NCBI GenBank assembly: GCA_016707705.1
Contig: JADJHD010000001.1
Span: forward strand, 382,646-446,645
DNA length: 64,000 bases
DNA from: Bacteroidales bacterium
GTDB lineage: Bacteria > Bacteroidota > Bacteroidia > Bacteroidales > UBA4417
Reading direction: 5' to 3'
Both the position numbers and the translations under genes were made by a program. Numbering within the stretch: position 1 is the stretch's first letter; the number at the start of each line of letters is the position of its first letter. The notes under the pieces were generated by a model. The model made no database searches and was not told the DNA's origin. It was given only the letters and a program-made list of their open reading frames with translations. Shown here piece by piece: positions 47,189 through 56,955 of this stretch.

Positions 47189-48033
47189 ATAACAGGTAAT
47201 AAAAGTAATATTCTGATGGCTGACCGGTTCATAATAGATGAGCGTTAAATATTAAATAATAAAGAATGAGGGTGGTTATCTTTTAACTTTCCGAAGCATT
47301 TAGCATTGGTTTGCATGGTGAACTTGCGTGTGGGAACATGCCTTGTGATCAGGCGATGCTAAACAAAGTTATTATTTACTTTTACAATTTTGCTGATAAA
47401 TTATAGTATTTCATCTGAGATTTTCGATAAGACTTTAACTAGTATTTATTAATTAAAAAGTAGCTTTACATTCTTTGAAATAATCAAATCTAGCTTAAAT
47501 TTAGAAAACCTTACCAACTTTAATGTTTCATCGCGTTTTTGTATTGATTAAATTATTGGAGCCGAATCTCATTGCGTTGCAAAATGAAAATAACTTTAAA
47601 AAACAATCAGATTCAAGTTTGAGAAACATAATTGTACCTTTAATATATTGATTACCTTTAATGGGTTCTGACTCTAATATAAAATTTGCTTGCAAGTAAC
47701 AAGTAACTAAGAATGAGAAGCAAAGAGGGAAAAGCATAAAGAAATGAATAGGATTTTTCATACAATAAAATATATTCGTTCCAAAGTGATGCAAAAAACC
47801 AATTTGTTATTGTAATATATACAACCGATAAATTCTATAGGAATCAGTATTATATTTCTCCAATTATTAAATCAACAATCTGAAACTGTTTAAATAAGAA
47901 AATTATATTGTTAACATATTTATTAAGCAAATATACAAAAGGAAGTATAATTCCAACAATGAATCAAAAAAAAAACTAAACCAATGCTCTAAAATAAAAA
48001 CTTAAATCTAATTCTAAAAACAAAGGAATACCT

Positions 48034-48981
48034 CTATTTCTTCCTCCTTTTAGCATTCTGTATACTCACATTTAACTCAAATCCAATCAATACTATCATT
48101 GCATTGAAATAGATCCATATCATCACTATGATTAAGGTACCTATTGAACCATATAATGAATTGTAACTCGATAGATTGTTCACATAGTAATTAAATCCAA
48201 CCGAGGAAGCTGCTGTTAGAATAGTTGCAAGACTTGATCCTGCTGAAATAAAACGAAACCTGCTTTTTCGGGCTGGCGCATAATAATACAGGAACGAAAA
48301 TGCAAAGAATAACAATGCAAATGTTATAAGCCACTTTCCTGCTATTACCATATAATATGCAAACACATCCTTTAGAATTCCTTCTGCAGAAAGAAAATCA
48401 ATAAAAACTGGCCCAAGTGTAATCAGGATGATTGCTAAAACAACCAATAACGAAAGAATTAGTACCAAAAACAAAGACACCAATCTGATTAATATCCAGT
48501 TTCTGGTCTCAATATCATGATGGGTTTGATTGAATGATTCTATCAGACTATGTATTCCATTCGTAGAAAAATACAAAGCCATAATAAATCCTATTGATAA
48601 CAATCCACCTCTGGGACGCTTAACTATGTCAAATAGGGTACCTTCAACTGCTTCATATGCTTTTTTGGGAAAGAGCCCCTGTATCAATTCCAATAACGAA
48701 TCCTGAAAACCGGAAATTGGAATATAGGGTATGATTGTAAAGAAGAAAATTATTGCTGGAAATAATGCCAGAAAAAAATTATAAGCAAAAGCCGCTGCCC
48801 TCATACTTAAGGATCCTCGCAATAAGCCTTTTACGAAAAATTCCCCGACATCATAAAGTGGAATTCCATCAAAACCAGGCAGGATTACTTTTCTTAAATA
48901 GCGAATTATAGAAACCAACAATACACTATTGATGATCCAAAAATAGACCCTGTTTAAGTATTCTTGAAATCGAATTCTCAC
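48034..48981 (-). CDS. YihY/BrkB-family membrane protein
   Basis: 315 aa, 6 TM-like segments. …SLSMRAAAFAYNFFLALFPAIIF… is typical of the YihY family. Confidence 0.75.
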   Translation of the reverse strand: MRIRFQEYLNRVYFWIINSVLLVSIIRYLRKVILPGFDGIPLYDVGEFFVKGLLRGSLSMRAAAFAYNFFLALFPAIIFFFTIIPYIPISGFQDSLLELIQGLFPKKAYEAVEGTLFDIVKRPRGGLLSIGFIMALYFSTNGIHSLIESFNQTHHDIETRNWILIRLVSLFLVLILSLLVVLAIILITLGPVFIDFLSAEGILKDVFAYYMVIAGKWLITFALLFFAFSFLYYYAPARKSRFRFISAGSSLATILTAASSVGFNYYVNNLSSYNSLYGSIGTLIIVMIWIYFNAMIVLIGFELNVSIQNAKRRKK

Positions 48982-49006
48982 AATAGTTAATCTAATAAGG
49001 ATTTCC

Positions 49007-49918
49007 TTAAATTGCTTTTAAACTAAGATCAAGACTACTAATATGATGCGTTAGAGCACCTATAGAAACAAAATCAACACCACATTCAGCATATTCCCGA
49101 ATCGTATCAAGCGTAATCCCACCTGATGCTTCAGTCTCATATCTTTTCCCAATTAACTCAACTGCCTTTCTTAAATCAGGATAAGCAAAATTATCCAGCA
49201 TAATTCTATCTACTCCTCCTGTTTGAAGCACTTCTTGAACTTCTGTAAGGTTTCTGGTTTCTATCTCTATATGCAATTTTAACCCGTTTTCCTTCAGATA
49301 TCGACTGGTTGAGACGATAGCTTGGGATATTCCACCGGCAAAATCTACATGATTATCCTTAATTAATATCATATCATATAGTCCAAATCGATGATTCTCT
49401 CCCCCACCAATACGAACAGCCATCTTCTCAAGTTCTCTCAATAATGGTGTCGTTTTTCTTGTATCAAGAATCCTTGTTGGTAAATCCTTAATTCTATCAG
49501 CCAATACTCTGGTTTGTGTTGCAATTCCGCTCATCCTCTGCATGAAGTTTAATACCGTCCGCTCTGCAGTCAATAATGATGCCGATGGACCTCCAACTTC
49601 AAAGACAATATCTCCAGGTTTAACCTCTTCCCCATCCTGAATAAACAATTCCAGTTTTATTGAGGAATCCAAGGCTAAAAAGACTTTTCTCGCAATATCA
49701 ACCCCAGCAATTATCCCCTTCTCCTTAACCAATAATTTTGCCTTCCCCAAATGGTTCTTTGGAACTGTTGATAGTGTTGTATGATCTCCTGCCCCAATAT
49801 CCTCCTGAAGACTGGCGGCAATAACTTCGTCTATCGTCACTGTAAGATGTATTAATGATTGCTGTTGGACATTATTCAGATTCAATTTGAATTTGCTGAA
49901 TAAGCATTTGATTTTCAA
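49007..49918 (-). CDS. nadC: Nicotinate-nucleotide diphosphorylase (quinolinate phosphoribosyltransferase)
   Basis: …AASLQEDIGAGDHTT…, TAERTVLNFMQRMSGIAT, LDTRKTTP, MILIKDNH, IEIETRNL, MLDNF. The start is uncertain: the track Met overlaps the upstream gene by 47 nt, and a TTG at 49885 is an alternative. Confidence 0.9.
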   Translation of the reverse strand: MKIKCLFSKFKLNLNNVQQQSLIHLTVTIDEVIAASLQEDIGAGDHTTLSTVPKNHLGKAKLLVKEKGIIAGVDIARKVFLALDSSIKLELFIQDGEEVKPGDIVFEVGGPSASLLTAERTVLNFMQRMSGIATQTRVLADRIKDLPTRILDTRKTTPLLRELEKMAVRIGGGENHRFGLYDMILIKDNHVDFAGGISQAIVSTSRYLKENGLKLHIEIETRNLTEVQEVLQTGGVDRIMLDNFAYPDLRKAVELIGKRYETEASGGITLDTIREYAECGVDFVSIGALTHHISSLDLSLKAI

Positions 49919-50279
49919 ATGGTTTTAGCAGGATATATGTCTTATAAGACTTATTATTGCTCTTATAGGTGCCAATCATAAATAAAGCACCTCCGGAAGA
50001 AGAACCTTTCTGATCTATTACAAATGAAGAAGGCGGATTCTTACTGAAAAAGTCTTTCATAATCAATTCTGACTGCACCTTACTGAAAGTCCCTTCCTTA
50101 GTTGGCAAACTGATTTCAATTGTTGAACTGAAATATGTAGCTAACACTTTTGAGTTACCTGAGCGAAGAGCAGCAGCAATATTGTCTTGAATTCCAGGTA
50201 TCGTTACTGTTTCTGAGTAACTTAACACATTTCCAAAGAATAGCATTCCAAGGAAAAGAATTAACGATTTTTTTTTCAT
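49872..50279 (-). CDS. DUF4783-like secreted protein
   Basis: Likely start MKKKSLILFLGMLFFGNVLS at 50279. …AAALRSGNSKVLATYFSSTIEISLP…FSKVQSELIMKDFFSKNPPSSF resembles DUF4783, which commonly sits upstream of nadC in Bacteroidota (from memory). Confidence 0.65.
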   Translation of the reverse strand: MKKKSLILFLGMLFFGNVLSYSETVTIPGIQDNIAAALRSGNSKVLATYFSSTIEISLPTKEGTFSKVQSELIMKDFFSKNPPSSFVIDQKGSSSGGALFMIGTYKSNNKSYKTYILLKPFENQMLIQQIQIESE

Positions 50280-50387
50280 GTTGAAATTTAGAACTCGCAC
50301 AAATATACAATAATCGAACCATAAATATCGGGCTTTATTGGGCTTCCTGCGCTGACTGAATCAGTATCTTTGCCAAAAATAGTTCAT

Positions 50388-50861
50388 ATGAACCTCACGA
50401 TACTGATGATAGGCAAGACCGCTGATTCGTACCTGCAAACAGGTATCGAGATTTTCACAAAAAGAATACAACACTATTTGAGCATTCGCCTGAATATTAT
50501 TCCAGATCTAAAAGACCGAAAAAACCTTTCTGCCAGCCAAGTGAAAGAAAAAGAGGCAATCCTCCTTATGAAGGAATTAACTTATGCTTCTACTATTGTA
50601 CTTTTAGACGAAAATGGTTCTCTTTATTCTTCCGTTGAGTTTTCCAACTTCTTCCAGAAACAAATGAATTCTGGCACAAAGGAGTTGTTTTTTGTTATCG
50701 GTGGAGCTTATGGAGTGGATGAATCCATCAAAAAGAAGGCACATTTTACTATTTCATTATCCAAAATGACATTTACCCACCAAATGATCCGCTTGCTTTT
50801 AACAGAACAAATATATCGCTCAATGACTATTTTGAAGAATGAACAGTATCACAACGAATAG
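50388..50861 (+). CDS. rlmH: 23S rRNA (pseudouridine1915-N3)-methyltransferase
   Basis: MNLTILMIGKT… and …LFFVIGGAYG…SLSKMTFTHQMIRLLLTEQIYRS are RlmH/SPOUT signatures. ATG at 50388 is preferred over the TTG at 50370. Confidence 0.85.
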   Translation: MNLTILMIGKTADSYLQTGIEIFTKRIQHYLSIRLNIIPDLKDRKNLSASQVKEKEAILLMKELTYASTIVLLDENGSLYSSVEFSNFFQKQMNSGTKELFFVIGGAYGVDESIKKKAHFTISLSKMTFTHQMIRLLLTEQIYRSMTILKNEQYHNE

Positions 50862-50894
50862 TCTAGTAATCAATCAAATTATATTACTGATTTT

Positions 50895-51476
50895 ATGAAG
50901 TCTCTTGTCATTGCGTCCAACAATCAACATAAGATTGAAGAAATATCACCCCTTATCTCTGACCATTTCAAATTACTATCTTTATATGATATAGGTTTTG
51001 ATGCCGAGCTTGAAGAAACAGCTTCCACCCTGGAAGGAAATGCGCTAATGAAAGCAGAAGCAATCTTCTCAAAATTTAAATCAGACTGTTTCGCAGATGA
51101 TACCGGCCTTGAAATAGAAGCTTTGGATGGACGACCTGGGGTATATTCTGCTCGTTATTCCGGAACCGCTCATGACTCCGAGGCTAATATGAAAAAGGTC
51201 CTGACAGAAATGGATGGCAAAACAAATCGCAATGCAAGATTTCGGACAGTTATTTGCTTAATAATTGAAGGTAAGTTTCACTATTTCGAAGGTATTGTAA
51301 ACGGAATCCTTACTAGTTCACCCAAAGGAAATCAAGGATTCGGATATGATCCTATTTTTCAACCCATTGGCTTTTCAAACACATTTGCTGAAATGGATTT
51401 ACAAACGAAAAATCAAATATCTCACCGGGCTATTGCTGTTCAGAAGTTGGTGAAATTCTTGAATAGTCAGAAGTAA
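50895..51476 (+). CDS. rdgB: Non-canonical purine NTP pyrophosphatase (RdgB/HAM1 family)
   Basis: LVIASNNQHKIEE…EETASTLEGNALMKA…ADDTGLEIEALDGRPGVYSARY…GFGYDPIF. Confidence 0.9.
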   Translation: MKSLVIASNNQHKIEEISPLISDHFKLLSLYDIGFDAELEETASTLEGNALMKAEAIFSKFKSDCFADDTGLEIEALDGRPGVYSARYSGTAHDSEANMKKVLTEMDGKTNRNARFRTVICLIIEGKFHYFEGIVNGILTSSPKGNQGFGYDPIFQPIGFSNTFAEMDLQTKNQISHRAIAVQKLVKFLNSQK

Positions 51477-51589
51477 TTATAGAAAATACTCATATAACTA
51501 CTTGATTATAAATACAATTGGCCTAAGGAGATGTAATTAACTCTTCTTGTACCTAACAAATCCCATGTGAAGTTGGAACTATATATCAG

Positions 51590-52588
51590 TTAAACCTTGC
51601 TTTTTTGTGATATTGCCTCAATGATTAATTGCCTGAAGAATAAATTCAATTTATTGCCAGAAGCCAGAACTTGTTTGGGAATTATGCTTCCTTCCGAAAA
51701 CCCCGGAACTGTATTTACCTCCAAAAACCACCATTTCCCTTCAGTTAGAAAATAGTCGAACCTTACAACCCCACTACAATTGAACTTATTATATAGTTCA
51801 CGTGTAATTGACTGGCAATCTTCTAGTTCTGATGTTGAGATATTAGCAGGAGTAATTTCTTCTGCCATTCCTTTTGTATATTTTGCTTCATAGTCGAAAA
51901 AATCCTTCTTCGATATTACTTCAGTTACCGGCAATACAACCACCTCACCATTGGTCCGATAAACACCGCATGCCATCTCACGTCCTTTTATGAATTGCTG
52001 TATCAGGACTTCATCATCCTCACTGAACGCTTTTTTTACTGCATCCAACAACTCAATGGATTGATAAACCTTTGTAACACCAACACTTGAGCCTGATTTA
52101 TTAGGTTTCACAAAACAGGGCAAACCAACTTCAGTAATGATTCCATTCAGGTCAAGATTGAATTCTGACCTCACAATTATAGTTTTGGCCACATTCATGC
52201 CATATTGCAATGCCAAATCATTACAGAAATACTTATTGAAGGTAATTGCTGAAGTTGTCAGATCGCAACTTGTATAAGGTATGCCAATGATATCCAAATA
52301 TCCCTGAAGCTTACCATCTTCACCTGGGGTCCCATGAATTGCAATAAATGCACAATCAAAGTAAACCTTTTCCTGTTCCAAGGTTAATGTAAAATCATCT
52401 TTATCAACCGAATATGCTGTTCCCTCCGGACTTGTATAAGTCCAATTACGGGCTTTCATCAATATTGGATATACATCAAATTCCTCTGCATCCAAATATT
52501 TGTTTACTACAGTAGCACTGCCAATAGAGACCTCGTATTCACCAGAATCTCCGCCCATCAATAAGGCAATCTTCAACCTTTGTATCAT
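51590..52588 (-). CDS. ddl: D-alanine--D-alanine ligase
   Basis: IALLMGGDSGEYEVSIGS…AFIAIHGTPGEDGKLQGYLD…PCFVKPNKSGSSVGV…LEVNTVPG. Confidence 0.9.
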   Translation of the reverse strand: MIQRLKIALLMGGDSGEYEVSIGSATVVNKYLDAEEFDVYPILMKARNWTYTSPEGTAYSVDKDDFTLTLEQEKVYFDCAFIAIHGTPGEDGKLQGYLDIIGIPYTSCDLTTSAITFNKYFCNDLALQYGMNVAKTIIVRSEFNLDLNGIITEVGLPCFVKPNKSGSSVGVTKVYQSIELLDAVKKAFSEDDEVLIQQFIKGREMACGVYRTNGEVVVLPVTEVISKKDFFDYEAKYTKGMAEEITPANISTSELEDCQSITRELYNKFNCSGVVRFDYFLTEGKWWFLEVNTVPGFSEGSIIPKQVLASGNKLNLFFRQLIIEAISQKSKV

Positions 52589-52730
52589 ATGATTCAGCTA
52601 TAATGCAAAGGTATGGAGTTATCCAGATTCACCACCAATGGAAATTCATATCTTTGCATGAAGAAACAATAATTAGGCTTAATACCTGTTCTATAAATAG
52701 TGCATTTGCCTGATCTGATGCAATCCGGTT

Positions 52731-53558
52731 ATGAATTTAATTCAATTTATTACAACCAAACGATTTGTCAAGCATCTTGGCATTTCTTTGTTATTGACAA
52801 TCGCAATCAGCTGGATTACACTGACTTTTCTTCAGAGCTATACAAAGCACGGTTCAACTGTGGAGGTCCCATCCTTTGTTGGACTCACTCTTGAAGAGCT
52901 TGACAACCTAGAAAGCGCATCAGATTTTGATCTCACAGTTGTTGATTCAGTATATGACTATGATAAAAAAGGTGGAATGATTGTCTCTCAGGACCCTCTT
53001 CCTAAGTCAAAGGTCAAACCGGGCCGCTCGATTTATCTTTCTGTAGTGGCATATGTTCCGGAACAAATCAAAATGCCTGCTTTGGTTGATTTAAGTTTAA
53101 GACAGGCAAAGGCTTTGCTACAGACTTATGGCTTGAAACTGGGAAGCGTCAGAATGATTCCTGATCCGGCTAAGAATGCCATTATTAAAATAACTTGTAA
53201 AGGCAAGTATATACAACCCGGAAGTTTGATTTCAAAAGGTTCGACTATTGACCTGTATGTTGGATCAGGAACTGGAGGAACTGATGTTCAGATTCCATTC
53301 CTTATTGGAAAATCAAGAGCTGAGGCTATTTCAGAAATAACAAGGCTTGGGCTTCTAATTGGTTCTGAGGACTTTCAATCTGGCTCTGATTCAATTAGTG
53401 GAAGGGTATACCTGCAAGATCCAACTTATGTTTATGGAAAAAGAATTCCTGTTAGTTCAGGAATTCAACTTACCTACAAATCAGATGACTCATTTGACTT
53501 TGATACCTATATACAAAATATGGTCATCGACACAATTATTAATGATAGCATTCAATAA
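52731..53558 (+). CDS. PASTA domain-containing membrane-anchored protein
   Basis: N-terminal TM segment followed by three PASTA-like units (VPSFVGLTLEEL…; MPALVDLSLRQAKALLQTYGLKLG…; IPFLIGKSRAEAISEITRLGL…). Confidence 0.8.
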   Translation: MNLIQFITTKRFVKHLGISLLLTIAISWITLTFLQSYTKHGSTVEVPSFVGLTLEELDNLESASDFDLTVVDSVYDYDKKGGMIVSQDPLPKSKVKPGRSIYLSVVAYVPEQIKMPALVDLSLRQAKALLQTYGLKLGSVRMIPDPAKNAIIKITCKGKYIQPGSLISKGSTIDLYVGSGTGGTDVQIPFLIGKSRAEAISEITRLGLLIGSEDFQSGSDSISGRVYLQDPTYVYGKRIPVSSGIQLTYKSDDSFDFDTYIQNMVIDTIINDSIQ

Positions 53559-53573
53559 TACAAAACCTGCTTG

Positions 53574-55562
53574 ATGCGATTAAAACTGATAATGTCCATT
53601 CTGTTGTTCTCCTTGTGCCTTAGCGCATGGTCACAAGAGAAAATCTACAGTCTTGAGTATAATGGATTCTTGCGCGCTAAATCTCATCTGTTGAAGTCAG
53701 CTGGATATTTATACCCTGATACCCTGACTATAACACTGCCCGTTTTTGATGACTTCTCTGTCATCTCCACTTGGCCTGACAAATTCATATGGGCTGATAA
53801 TTTCACTTATGTCAATACTGACTTTGGAGTAAATCCACCAACAATTGGTGTGGCGACCTTTGATGCAATTGATGAATCAGGCACCTTGTATTCAAATGCA
53901 GGTCCTTATCAATTTGAAGCTGACCAACTCACCTCACAGGCTATCAGACTGGATTCCATCTTCTCACCTTTTGCCAGAGCCATAAATGTCAGCGATTCTG
54001 TTTACCTGAGTTTCTATTATCAGCCGCAAGGAAGAGGATCCATGCCAGCCAAACGTGATTCGCTAATCCTTGAATTTCATTCACCGGCAGAATTTGACAC
54101 TATTACCTCAAGTTCAGGAACACAGATTAATCCAAAGTGGCATTATGTATGGTCAACACCGGGAGGAACACAGGTCGACACTTTTGCATTACAGCATAAT
54201 AGTTATTTCCAACAAGTCCTCATTCCTATCACCGATAGCTCACGCTACTATAAGAATGGTTTCAGATTCAGGTTCCGCAATTATGCAAGCCTTGCAAACA
54301 ATTATGTGCCTGATTGGCAAAGTAACGGGGATCAATGGAATATTGATGTGGTTTATCTAAACACAGGACGCAGTATTCAGGATTCTGTGTTGAAGGATAT
54401 TGCTTTCGCTGATAGAGCTCCTTCGATGCTAAAACGTTTTGAAGCAATGCCTTACAGGCAATATGGAGAGAATTTCGTTGAAGAAATGAAAGATACACTA
54501 GATATTAAGATTGCTAACCTTGATGAAGTAAATCAGAATGCATCCTATAAGTATTCAGTTCAGAAAGATTCTCAGTCGCCATTCAAGACTTATGAAGGAG
54601 GCACTTATACTCTTTTTCCTTTTAGCACAAACGGTTACTCGTCATATCAACCATTCTCACGTCCTCCGGTAAACTTCCTCTATTCTCCCTTTGAAAATCA
54701 GGAGAAGATTGTCTACCACACTACACATATCTTAACAACCGACCCTTCAATGACTGTGAAAACAAATGATACAATAAGGTTTTCACAGGTATTCAGCAAT
54801 TATTATGCATATGATGATGGAACAGCAGAGGCTGGTGTTGGTCTGAATGGAGCCTCCGGTTCCTATGCAATTCGTTTTGACCTGAATGTTTCAGATACCC
54901 TTCGTGGAATTCAATTCTATTTCAATCAGGTTTTGTCGGGTTCTGAAGAAAAATACTTTGACATTACAGTATGGAACGACTCATTTGGCAAGCCCGGCAA
55001 TATCATTAAGCAATTAAATGAAGTCACACCCACAATGTCGGATAGCCTGAATACCTATCATACTTATTGGTTTGACAGCCCCCTGGTGATGGATGCTCTG
55101 AACTTCCCTGGATTAATATTTTATGTTGGATGGCAACAGTACTCAATTGACAATCTGAACGTTGGTCTTGACAGATATAATGACTCACATCAGAACCGTT
55201 TTTATAATGTGGACGGAAACTGGCAGATGAGTGACAATCAGCATGCAGGCTCACTTATGATCAGGCCAGTTGTTGGTAAGGTCAACCCATTGGGCATTGC
55301 ACCAAAGCCAATCAATCAGGAAATTAAAATAACACCCAACCCTGTAAACAATGGAGAATTACATATAATTCTACCCACTGAATGGAACAAAGAGCCAAAC
55401 TCGATTCTTGTCAGCATTTTCTCTTCTTCCGGCTCTGTTCAATTAAACAGTGTGTGGACTGAAACAATCGACATCGGATTATTGCCCCCGGGATTATATC
55501 TGGCTTCAGTAGTAAACAAACAAACCAGTGAAAAGGCTACCATAAAATTTGTGGTTCTGTAA
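53574..55562 (+). CDS. Secreted protein of unknown function with T9SS type A C-terminal sorting domain
   Basis: Signal peptide MRLKLIMSILLFSLCLSAWSQE. C-terminus IKITPNPVNNGELHIILP…SIFSSSGSVQL…GLLPPGLYLASVVNKQTSEKATIKFVVL has the Por_Secre_tail pattern. Confidence 0.8.
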   Translation: MRLKLIMSILLFSLCLSAWSQEKIYSLEYNGFLRAKSHLLKSAGYLYPDTLTITLPVFDDFSVISTWPDKFIWADNFTYVNTDFGVNPPTIGVATFDAIDESGTLYSNAGPYQFEADQLTSQAIRLDSIFSPFARAINVSDSVYLSFYYQPQGRGSMPAKRDSLILEFHSPAEFDTITSSSGTQINPKWHYVWSTPGGTQVDTFALQHNSYFQQVLIPITDSSRYYKNGFRFRFRNYASLANNYVPDWQSNGDQWNIDVVYLNTGRSIQDSVLKDIAFADRAPSMLKRFEAMPYRQYGENFVEEMKDTLDIKIANLDEVNQNASYKYSVQKDSQSPFKTYEGGTYTLFPFSTNGYSSYQPFSRPPVNFLYSPFENQEKIVYHTTHILTTDPSMTVKTNDTIRFSQVFSNYYAYDDGTAEAGVGLNGASGSYAIRFDLNVSDTLRGIQFYFNQVLSGSEEKYFDITVWNDSFGKPGNIIKQLNEVTPTMSDSLNTYHTYWFDSPLVMDALNFPGLIFYVGWQQYSIDNLNVGLDRYNDSHQNRFYNVDGNWQMSDNQHAGSLMIRPVVGKVNPLGIAPKPINQEIKITPNPVNNGELHIILPTEWNKEPNSILVSIFSSSGSVQLNSVWTETIDIGLLPPGLYLASVVNKQTSEKATIKFVVL

Positions 55563-55577
55563 TGCAATCCGTTTCGA

Positions 55578-56612
55578 ATGATTAATGAACCCGAAGACCT
55601 GAATCTTACCGGAGAAGAAAACGACCTCTATGAACATTTCAGGTTCATAGTCGACAAAGGCCAAGCCTTGCTCAGGATTGATAAGTTCCTTCAATCCAAA
55701 CTTCCTTCAATTTCCAGAAATAAAATTCAGAATGCAGCACATGCTGGATCGATTTTAGTCAATGGAGCAGCTATTAAACCTAATCATAAGGTTCATCCAT
55801 CTGACATCATTTCAATAGTGCTGACTGTACCACCAAGGGAAACTGATATTATTCCGGAGGACTTGCCAATTGAAATAGTTTATGAGGATGATGAACTGCT
55901 GGTTGTAAATAAGGCAGCTGGAATGGTTGTTCATCCAGCACATGGCAACTTTAATGGAACTCTTCTGAATGCGCTCTTATTCAAATTCCTAAGCGACCCA
56001 AATAAAGATATTAAGCCATATCTGGTTCATAGAATTGATAAAGATACTTCCGGATTACTCCTGGTTGCCAAAAATGAAATCTCTCAGTCAATTTTAGCCA
56101 GAAGTTTCTTTGATCATAAGGTTGACAGGAGATATGTTGCATTGGTCTGGGGTGATATAAAAGAAGTTGAAGGTACTATTCATGGACATATTGGGAGAAG
56201 CCTGAGAGACCGGCAAATGATGGATGTATTTGTTGACGGTAGCTATGGAAAAGAAGCTACAACGCATTATAAGGTGATTCAGAGGTTCAATTATGTCACA
56301 TTGGTTGAATGCATTCTTGAAACAGGCAGGACTCATCAGATAAGGGCTCATATGAAACATATTGGCCATCCCCTGTTCAGCGATGCCAAATATGGAGGTG
56401 ATCAGATCCTGAAAGGAACCACATTTACCAAATACAAACAATTTGTAAATAATTGCTTTGAAATTCTTCCTAGGCAGGCGCTTCATGCCAGAACGCTGTC
56501 TTTCGTTCATCCAAAGACAGGCAAACTGATGAAATTTGAATCAGAACTTCCTGACGATATGAAGCAGGTAATTTCGAAATGGGAAAATTATTGTCTGCAA
56601 GACAGGATTTAG
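55578..56612 (+). CDS. rluD: RluA/RluD-family 23S rRNA pseudouridine synthase
   Basis: S4-like N-terminus (LRIDKFL…SRNKIQNA…G-x-ILVNG). Catalytic HRIDKDTSGLLLVAK. …GRTHQIRAHM…. Confidence 0.85.
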   Translation: MINEPEDLNLTGEENDLYEHFRFIVDKGQALLRIDKFLQSKLPSISRNKIQNAAHAGSILVNGAAIKPNHKVHPSDIISIVLTVPPRETDIIPEDLPIEIVYEDDELLVVNKAAGMVVHPAHGNFNGTLLNALLFKFLSDPNKDIKPYLVHRIDKDTSGLLLVAKNEISQSILARSFFDHKVDRRYVALVWGDIKEVEGTIHGHIGRSLRDRQMMDVFVDGSYGKEATTHYKVIQRFNYVTLVECILETGRTHQIRAHMKHIGHPLFSDAKYGGDQILKGTTFTKYKQFVNNCFEILPRQALHARTLSFVHPKTGKLMKFESELPDDMKQVISKWENYCLQDRI

Positions 56613-56640
56613 TCCCCCTTATTAATCTCTGACTAAAAGG

Positions 56641-56949
56641 CTATTCTGAAGATTCTTTTCTGAGAATTTTTCTGCACCTCAATATTTCGTCTACCCACAG
56701 ATAAGCAAGAAAAGGAATAACCAATACCACAAGTTTATTATAAGCCCAGGCTATGCTGAATTCGAAATGAATAGCGTGCATAACCGCTCTTGTTATGCCA
56801 CATCCAAAACACTCCCGGTGAAAGATTAATTTTGAAAGACAAAGGTTAGCTGTAGACTTGTCGAAAATATCAGAAGGTAAACAGAATAAAACTAAAGGGC
56901 TTACCAGAAGTAAGCCCAAATAGATTTTCGTAAGATTTTTTTTGTTCAA
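56641..56949 (-). CDS. DUF2752-like small membrane protein
   Basis: CLSKLIFHRECFGCGITRA motif and two TM segments. Confidence 0.65.
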   Translation of the reverse strand: MNKKNLTKIYLGLLLVSPLVLFCLPSDIFDKSTANLCLSKLIFHRECFGCGITRAVMHAIHFEFSIAWAYNKLVVLVIPFLAYLWVDEILRCRKILRKESSE

Positions 56950-56955
56950 TGCTTG

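Larger units (their letters stand above)
41946..47232 (-). pseudogene. ~1,760-codon SBBP/AGPD-repeat T9SS type-B-CTD adhesin, broken by 4 frameshifts and 1 in-frame TAA
   Basis: The fragments join into one coherent protein across five lesions. (i) T6 run, plus strand A6 47126-47131. (ii) G3 run, plus strand CCC 46574-46576. (iii) A3 run, plus strand TTT 45122-45124. (iv) A 1-nt gap near 43753-43757. (v) TAA at 43725-43727 where the repeat consensus has Q (CAA). Confidence 0.75.

Noticed and set aside
47528-47794. 88-aa ORF (MKNPIHFFMLFPLCFSFLVTCYLQ…) in the 800-bp AT-rich region upstream of the locus B adhesin.
   Set aside because: The region is very AT-rich and there is no recognisable motif. 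It could be a small membrane or secreted peptide, but sequence alone gives too little support to annotate it.
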